A stretch of 64,000 nt of DNA from Octopus vulgaris (lineage: Eukaryota). The notes under the pieces are model-generated. The model ran no database searches, was not told the DNA's origin, and worked only from the letters and a program-made list of their open reading frames with translations. The stretch covers positions 52,762,001 to 52,826,000 of the forward strand of contig OX597833.1 of NCBI GenBank assembly GCA_951406725.2, in the 5' to 3' direction. Position numbers and translations under genes: made by a program. This document shows positions 53,761 to 64,000 of the stretch, piece after piece. Each line of letters starts with the position of its first letter. Position 1 is the stretch's first letter.

Positions 53761-54272
53761 CGGATCTAAGAATAAATACATGATAATTAGGAGAGCGATA
53801 GGGTATTATACCGCAGTGAATTGAGAGAGGACCGGCTTGCATGCTTAAACATAAACAGCTAAAGCAAATTTTACGTCCAGCATATTTAGCATAAAAAGAA
53901 AAGCGTCAATATCAGAAATACTTTTTCTTTTAAATGGCTACAACAGCCGTTTCGTTACGATAAACACCACCAAATGTATAATTGCATATATATGATAAGA
54001 AATTAACTTGAATTTAATTGATTTCAGTCAAATTAATTTAAAAGCTGTGTTAACAGAATCATCAGGAAAGTTAGCTTATGTTAATGAGAAAACCGTTCCT
54101 GGTTTAAATATAATAATTAGAGAATTCAAGAAAAAATACCAAGAAGAAAAATAACAAGAGGGAGCGATATATATGTTTATGTATACGCATACATGTAAGT
54201 TAATATATGAACATATACATGTATATTTATGTTCATTTCTACACACACACACACACACACATATAGATATAT

Positions 54273-54314
<42 letters not shown>

Positions 54315-54388
54315 ACATATATATATATATACATATATATATGCACATGTGTGTGTGCATGTATGTATGTATATATATATATATCTAA

Positions 54389-54421
<33 letters not shown>

Positions 54422-54508
54422 GTATATACATGCACACATATATATATGCGTACATATATATGTATATATATATGTGTGTGTGTGTATATGTAAATAGATA
54501 TGTGTGTA

Positions 54509-54545
<37 letters not shown>

Positions 54546-54775
54546 GTATACATAACTAAATAAATTTATGACTATATATAAATATGGAAAACAGAGAAAC
54601 ATAGAAACAAAATATATCCGTCAGTGTTTTGTGTAGGAAATATTGAACAGAAAATTAAATAAATACACTCGGGTGAGTATGAGGGCGCGAATATATGGGT
54701 ATTACAGACAAGCACATGCACCCTCGTACAAGCGCACATTTAAACATATGGGCGATATATGCTGACAGTATATGC

Positions 54776-54850
<75 letters not shown>

Positions 54851-54856
<6 letters not shown>

Positions 54857-55062
54857 ATCCAAACAAGAAAACACAAAAAAAACACAACAACGCGAGGATG
54901 TGGAACAAAGATAGTATTATTGGACGCTCAGGAAAGAAGGAAATAAGGAGGGTTTAACGTTTCGAGCGGAGCTCTTCGTCGGAAACATAGGAGAAGGAAA
55001 GATCCAGAGAAGGGAAGCCAGAGGAAAAAAAAATCCACAACGGTACACACGAGGTCACATTT
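54851..55062 (-). mobile_element. Penelope-like terminal-repeat remnant (family A) in (TA)n, with hammerhead-like motif at 54952-54986
   Basis: Second copy in opposite orientation at 63751-63886. Confidence 0.6.
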
Positions 55063-55131
<69 letters not shown>

Positions 55132-55344
55132 TATGTATGTATGTATATATATATAAATACATACATGCACGCATACATATATACACGTATATATTCTTTA
55201 GTCGAACAAAGCGGCCTCAGGACTTAAACTTTGCAAGCTTCGTAATTCTTCTATCGGTCGCTAATTCCGAAGCGCTAAGTTACCTCGTCGTGCAAACGAC
55301 AACATGGGTTATCAAGTGATAATGGAGGACAACATGTATGTATG

Positions 55345-55377
<33 letters not shown>

Positions 55378-55543
55378 AAATATATATATATACGTTGTGT
55401 GTGTGTATGTGTATAAATATCTTAGCATACATATTTACTCTTATATATATAGGTATATATCTTCAAATATATTTACATACACTGCAACAGACACACTCAT
55501 ATATGTATGTATATGTATATATATATGTGTATATATATAAATA

Positions 55544-55590
<47 letters not shown>

Positions 55591-55594
55591 TATA

Positions 55595-55664
<70 letters not shown>

Positions 55665-56216
55665 TGTACACAAACAAGCAAAATTTGAATATGCATGTAT
55701 ACATAAATATATATATATATATATATATTTATGCACATTCAAACGCAAAAACATTCATTGAACATATATATATATATATATACACATGACATACATGCGT
55801 CTGTACATGTGTATATATTTATGTAGTTACATATTTCTATATGAGTGTATGTGTGTGTGTGTGTGTGTGTGGATTTGAGTGTGTGTGTGTATGTGTGTAT
55901 ATGTCTGTGATGAGATCCATTCGTCTGCCAGGTGTCCAAATAAAAAACACGTTTAAATAATAGTCTTATTTACATGAAACCAATTCAGATTTCTCATTCT
56001 TCTGCAAGTGTTTATATTCAACTTGAAATATATTTTTACCTACATATCCATAATACAGACATAAGCTCTTTAATTTTCATATGATAAGAAAAACGAAACT
56101 CTCGGACCATGAGTCACTCTGCTCTGATACATACAAATAAAGATATACATATGTTCATATTTGGAATTCTATTTTTCCTGTCTGCAGTAATATACCCTAT
56201 ACACACACACATATAC

Positions 56217-56320
<104 letters not shown>

Positions 56321-56342
56321 ATATATATATGAAAGCATATAT

Positions 56343-56407
<65 letters not shown>

Positions 56408-56616
56408 GTATAGATATATGCATATATGTATTACTATCTATATTTATACATATATATGTATTTATATATACGAAATCACTCTCGGTTTTAACATACAGGC
56501 GCGCACACACACACACATATTGTGTATATAATTAAACATATATATACAAACATAAAAAAATTTATATATATATATATGTATATACATATGTAAATATATA
56601 TGTATGTTATAAAAAA

Positions 56617-56654
<38 letters not shown>

Positions 56655-56784
56655 GATGATTAAGAGGCATATTATTTCATAGATGTATAGGTGGATATTA
56701 TTGTAAATATGAATTCATGAAATGTATGTATATATATGGAAATAAATATGCGTACATACATATTAATACATATATATGTATACC

Positions 56785-56833
<49 letters not shown>

Positions 56834-57149
56834 ATTTATATACATATATATATATGTACATACACATGTATATACATATACATACACGCGCAAACACACG
56901 CATATATATACATGTATATATATATATATATATACACATGTATATACATATATATATAATATAAACATGTATATATATATATAATATATACACAGACACT
57001 CACACACAGGCATATATACATATACATATTCATTCATACATAACTACATACATACATGCATACATACACGCATAATATATACATATACATACATACATAC
57101 ATACATACATACATGCATACATGCAAACATACATACAAGCATACATACA

Positions 57150-57297
57150 TACATGTATACATACATGCATACATACATACATACATACATACATGCATAC
57201 ATACATACACACATACATTCATGCATGCATACATACATATATATATGTATGTATATATATTTATGTGTTTGTATACATGCATGTATGTATGTATGTA

Positions 57298-57331
<34 letters not shown>

Positions 57332-57478
57332 TACATACATACATACATGCATGTATACAAACACATAAATATATATACATACAAATATATATGTATGTAT
57401 GTATGCATGCATGTATGTATGTGTGTATGTATGTATGCATGTATGTATGTATGTATGTATGTATGCATGTATGTATAT
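57150..57478. repeat. Near-perfect palindrome of compound microsatellite centred on (TA)n at ~57314
   Basis: TATTTATGTGTTTGTATACATGCATG...GAA(TA)nTTC...CATGCATGTATACAAACACATAAATA; ORFs on opposite strands share an identical C-terminal translation. Confidence 0.85.
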
Positions 57479-57933
57479 ATATATATATATATATATTTAT
57501 GATTCCTTGCATGTGCTGTGCCTATATATTTACACACACATATATTTGCTTAATGATTTCCATCATATTTTGGCTGGCGTGCTGTAACTCACAAATACGA
57601 AGGATGGAAATCAATGTAATCGAATTCCGCACGTTTTTTTACTTTCATTTTGCGCCGCATATGTAGGCCTGTGACTATTCTATCCCTCCCAATTTGTCGA
57701 AACGCTCGGTTAAGTAGACAAATCGAAATGCCGGTGTCATAGTGAAAGATGGAGTCGATCACGCGGAGAGACGCACGCACGTGCATATTGCATATAATCT
57801 CGTATCGTTCATTGATTTATATATCCATGATATATGTATGTAATTATGCATCAATCTATATGTGTATGCATATGTATGTATGCATGTATTTATGTATGTA
57901 TATATGTACGTATGTATGTATATATATATATAT

Positions 57934-58008
<75 letters not shown>

Positions 58009-58025
58009 CATATATATATATATAG

Positions 58026-58080
<55 letters not shown>

Positions 58081-58151
58081 CCAGTCTTCTGGGTATGTGT
58101 GCGTACGAATTTATGAATATGCGTATATGAATTTATATGTAAATATATATC

Positions 58152-58182
<31 letters not shown>

Positions 58183-58569
58183 ATAAGTATATGTATATGT
58201 GTGTGTGTGTGTGTGCGTGTGTGTGTTTATATATATAAATATGTGTATATATGTATATATACACACACGCACACAGATAAATAGATAGAGAGATACTTAC
58301 ATACGTAAATACATACATACATGCGTATTTACATACACACATACATACATACATACATGCATACATATATGATGTTTACATATATATTTATCTACATAAG
58401 ATATGTATATGAGTGTGTATGCGTGCGTATATGTGCATTCGTATATATCTGCGTATATATATATATATATATACATATAAGCATACATACTCACAAATAT
58501 ATAATTATATATATATATATATATATATGTGTGTATGTGTATACAAATATATATATATATACACACACT

Positions 58570-58646
<77 letters not shown>

Positions 58647-58788
58647 AATAGTAAATAGTGAAAAAACTACAGAAGGCTTGTTTTAAAAGGTTAAAAAATA
58701 TATATTTGTGTCATTATGTCTGTAGTTTTTTCACTTTTTACTATTTTCTATATATTCAACCACGTGCTTTCACACACCAACTTTCTCA

Positions 58789-58838
<50 letters not shown>

Positions 58839-58843
<5 letters not shown>

Positions 58844-58876
58844 CGGAGTAAACACATATGTGTTTACTCCGGTCTA
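58839..58876. repeat. Perfect 38-bp palindrome adjoining (TA)n
   Basis: TAGACCGGAGTAAACACAT-ATGTGTTTACTCCGGTCTA. Confidence 0.95.
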
Positions 58877-59358
58877 ACCCGCTCCTTGTAAAAGTTTGAG
58901 CGACTCTGCACAAGTAGGAAGAACAAACAGCTGAAAAAGATGGAACTTTACCCGCTGGATTTTTCTCTCTATATATATATATACAGATATACTATCATAT
59001 ACATACACACACAGGCACACAAACACATATACACAGAGTGACTCTTAAACTCCTTGCAGTTATCCTCCATCACATAACCATGGTATTCACTATCTCAGAA
59101 AGAATAAAACTATATATATATATATATACTTTGAAGTATAATTATACATTCATATCAACTCACATTATCTATGAACCGATGTCGTGGTTTGTCACTTAGC
59201 AAATATGGCTATTAAATGGGAGCTTGGAGTTGGAGCTATTACATTGTATAGTGTAATGATATTGGCAGTGAAGGGGAAAGCACCATGGTTTATGAGAAAG
59301 TGAAGAAGTGACTATGAAATAACGTGAACATAAATTTGTATATATATATATATATATA

Positions 59359-59537
<179 letters not shown>

Positions 59538-59661
59538 TATATACATATATATATATTTATATATATATATATAATTTTATATATATATATGTATATAATA
59601 TATATATATATATAAAATTATATATATATATACATATATATATAAAATTATATACATATAA

Positions 59662-59721
<60 letters not shown>

Positions 59722-59745
59722 TAAATATATATTAAATTATGTACA

Positions 59746-59792
<47 letters not shown>

Positions 59793-59884
59793 TGCGTGTG
59801 TGTATGCATACACACACGTAAACATACATATCTCTTCACTTATGTATACCCACAGATACATATATACATAATTTTATGACTATA

Positions 59885-59953
<69 letters not shown>

Positions 59954-59965
59954 TCATCAAATTAA

Positions 59966-59998
<33 letters not shown>

Positions 59999-60053
59999 AA
60001 TATTAAGTATATGTGTGTGCGTGTGTGTACATATAGGTACACACACGCACAAA

Positions 60054-60098
<45 letters not shown>

Positions 60099-60493
60099 AC
60101 ATACATAGGCATATCAACATACCTCTGTCAATAATGAAAAGCAACTAAAGCCGGCATGACGAGGCGATAAGTCTGTGAACAAAAATATTTGGTGACACCA
60201 AGCATTTGTTAGCTAAGTAATATCTAACAGTCCAGTTCTCTCTGCTTAGTATTACTTATATTTTTTTTGTTCCCTCCTGCATTTTTGTTAACTATAGCTT
60301 GAAAGATAAAGATGAATAAGAAATTTTAAAATATGGGTTTGGATTATATATAAATATTATTTAAATATATGTTGATTTTTTTTCTGTGTTTTTAGAAAGG
60401 CTTGTTAATGAGTGCCGGTTTAAGTCTCTATTTCTATGTATGTATTTTCATACATACATACTTACACACGCACACACACATACATCTAAGTCT

Positions 60494-60541
<48 letters not shown>

Positions 60542-60726
60542 CATATATATATATATATATACATATGTATATACATGTATATACATATATATACATACAC
60601 ACATCTATACCTATATATACATATATATATATATAGGTATAGATGTGTGTATATACATGTATATACATATATATATATGTATATACATGTATATATATAT
60701 GTATATACATGTATATATATATGTAT

Positions 60727-60792
<66 letters not shown>

Positions 60793-61160
60793 CATATATA
60801 TATATATCGCTGCGAATGGTTTTATCTATTTGTGTGTATATATATATATATACATCTACATATATATGCCTACAGTTACATATACGTGCGTATATACATA
60901 TTTATAAACTTATAAAGATATATATGTATGTGTATATGTGTTTATACAAAATGATAAATAGATGAATATATGCAAACATATAAACAGATTGATATAAACA
61001 TGCATATATATGTGAGAGGTATATAAGCATATGTGTTTGTTTGTGTGTGTATATATGCATGTATGTATATGTATATATATATATATATATGCATATATAT
61101 ATATATGTATATATATATATGTATATATATATATATTTATGTCTATACATATATAATATA

Positions 61161-61604
61161 GTATCTATACTGGTATATTTGCTTGTGTGTTATATAGAAG
61201 ATGAGCATGGGAAGGAGAAAGAGAAAAATAGAAAGAGACAGACAGACAGACAGAGATGGCAAAGTGAAAACGCGGGCTATATTGTCTTTCTTACATACGC
61301 ATCCTTGAAGCCCAGTCTGAATAAACTTCTATAACAAGGATTCGAAATTTTTTGAGCAACGTGAAAGTTTGCTCAAAAAAATTTCGCAATGACTTGCATA
61401 TTTTCATTGTTACACTTACAAAATATTTCGAATCCTTGTTATAGAAGTTTGTTCAGACTGGGCTTCAAGTATGCGTATGTAAGAGAGACAATATCGCCCT
61501 CTTTTTCACTCTACCCTCACTCACTCTCTCTTTCTATTTCTCTCTTTCTCCTTCTCATGCTCATCTAATATATATCCTGCAAGCAAATACACCTGTACAG
61601 ATAC
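61161..61604. repeat. Long fold-back with ~185-bp arms and an inner hairpin
   Basis: Arms 61161-61348 and 61425-61604; inner CGAAATTTTTTGAGCAA...TTGCTCAAAAAAATTTCG at 61343-61386. Confidence 0.92.
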
Positions 61605-62164
61605 TTTTATATATATATATGTATAGACACATACATGCATACATGCATACATGCACAAACACACATACCTGTATACGCGTTTATGTCTGTGAGTGTGTAC
61701 GTGTGTGTGTGTGTATATATATATACATATATATATATATGTATATAAATATATACATACATGTATGTATATATATAATTATTCATTTATTTATATATTA
61801 GGATTAATATATACATAGATAAATATATCAATGCTACAATACCCTGTAGACAGGTGGGTCCCTAAGCAATTATCCTTTATGCCCTTGACTCAAGACATCA
61901 CTGAATGTACCTAAACCGAATGAAATGATAGAATTTATTAAGGGTGAGTACGAACGTACGCACACAGATATACGAACAAACAAACGCATATTTAATGTTT
62001 CATGTCCCATACACTAATACTTATAAACACATATAGAAATTTTGAGACATGCAGGCATACAAACAAATAAAATTAACAAGCATGTGGCTAATAAAGAAAT
62101 TAGAGCCGGATGCCATTAGTATCACTGAAAATTTAGCATGTGATGAGCATATATATATATATGT

Positions 62165-62222
<58 letters not shown>

Positions 62223-62291
62223 GTATATACATATATATATACGCACATAGATATGTATACACATATATACATATATACATACAGATATATG

Positions 62292-62364
<73 letters not shown>

Positions 62365-62539
62365 TGAGAGAGAGAGATACATATCTATACATACATGTAT
62401 ATATACGCGCATATTGACATGCAAACGTACTATCCGTAGGCAATGACGTCAGATCACATATATACACACATATATACATACATGCATACACACACACGCA
62501 TACAAACATACATACATATATATGTATATGTGTGTGTGT

Positions 62540-62585
<46 letters not shown>

Positions 62586-62588
<3 letters not shown>

Positions 62589-62896
62589 TATACACGGGCA
62601 TACATAATACAAATACCTAATTACTTTCATCCTTACAGTTTCAGATATTCATAAATGCATGCATACACACACACACATACACTCACACTCACACACATAC
62701 ATACATACATACATACATGCATACATACATGCATACATACATACATACGTACATACATACACACACACATATACACACACATACATACATACATACATAC
62801 ACACACACATACCTACATATATATATATGTGTGTGTGTGTATACATACATATATACATACATACATTCATACATACATACACACATACACACATAC

Positions 62897-62936
<40 letters not shown>

Positions 62937-63065
62937 GGGTGTGTGTGTATACATACATATATACATACATACATATATATATATATGCATATACACGGGC
63001 ATACATAATACAAATACCTAATTACTTTCCTCCTTACAGTTTCAAATATTCATAAATGCATGCAT
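62586..63065. repeat. Direct duplication with ~400-bp period
   Basis: GCATATACACGGGCATACATAATACAAATACCTAATTACTTTC.TCCTTACAGTTTCA.ATATTCATAAATGCATGCA at ~62586 and ~62987. Confidence 0.9.
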
Positions 63066-63432
63066 GCACACACACATGCATACAAACATACATACATATT
63101 ACCATAAATACATCATGTACACACTCTATGCTATAGGTTTCGCAATTCTCTTACAGGTGCTGTTGGCCCCTAATCCTCAAGAGTATGTCTGTAGTACTTC
63201 AGTTAAACCTGATAGGACTAAAGACGGGATTATATGTACACATACGGTGTATAATCTGTTATTACGCTGCCATATTGGCATGTGGCCACTTACTTGGTCT
63301 TGCTTGTAATTTGGCCACAAGTCAGCTTTGATGGAGCAGACCTTTGATCAGAAATAATCCAACAATGACCGTCCCGGTTAAGAAATTTCATAGAGTGAAA
63401 GTAAAAATAAAAGTGTGCATACACGCATATAC

Positions 63433-63538
<106 letters not shown>

Positions 63539-63750
63539 GTATATATATATATTTGTGTGCGTGTGTGTGTGTGTGTATAAAAATATATATATACATTTCA
63601 GCTATTTAATGCATTTGGGGGCCTTCAATCGCCTGTATTATTGATTCTGTTATTATCATTTTTAATAGTTACACTAGACTATGGCAGAGTCAATAATATC
63701 TTTGCAAATATTTTCTCCTGAATTGTTTGCTCCACTCTCCACATATATAT

Positions 63751-64000
<250 letters not shown>

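Noticed and set aside
63315-63345. CAGCTTTGATGGAGC resembling the 3' part of miR-2
   Set aside because: Seed absent, no precursor hairpin seen; context looks like a decayed repeat

Overview
Eukaryotic, AT-rich, almost entirely non-coding DNA dominated by microsatellites ((TA)n, (CA)n, (TACA)n, (TAGA)n) and dense tRNA-derived SINEs. The repeat landscape looks like a coleoid cephalopod (Octopus-type) intron or intergenic region; this is an inference. I found no intact host protein-coding gene, and nearly all ORFs in the track are microsatellite artefacts. Recognisable coding remnants are all transposon-derived: a 5'-truncated CR1-type LINE RT (12333-13416) nested in a SINE, two mariner (DD34D-type) fragments, Tx1/L1-like and CR1/L2-like LINE 3' ends, and degenerate Penelope-like RT pieces. 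The most interesting signals are: (1) a 5-copy head-to-tail array of a ~395-bp non-autonomous Helitron (34544-36521) carrying sequence apparently captured from a hammerhead-bearing element and a SINE, absent from a solo copy at 52604-52994; (2) at least eight minimal hammerhead-ribozyme-like motifs in Penelope-like remnants, with stem I covariation between two families; (3) a SINE sharing its 3' tail with a Tx1-like LINE sitting in (TAGA)n and building tandem multimers at a fixed internal site; (4) many fold-back inverted repeats, including a ~445-bp branched hairpin at 61161-61604. Repeat family assignments come from visual recognition, not database searches, and SINE boundaries are approximate.
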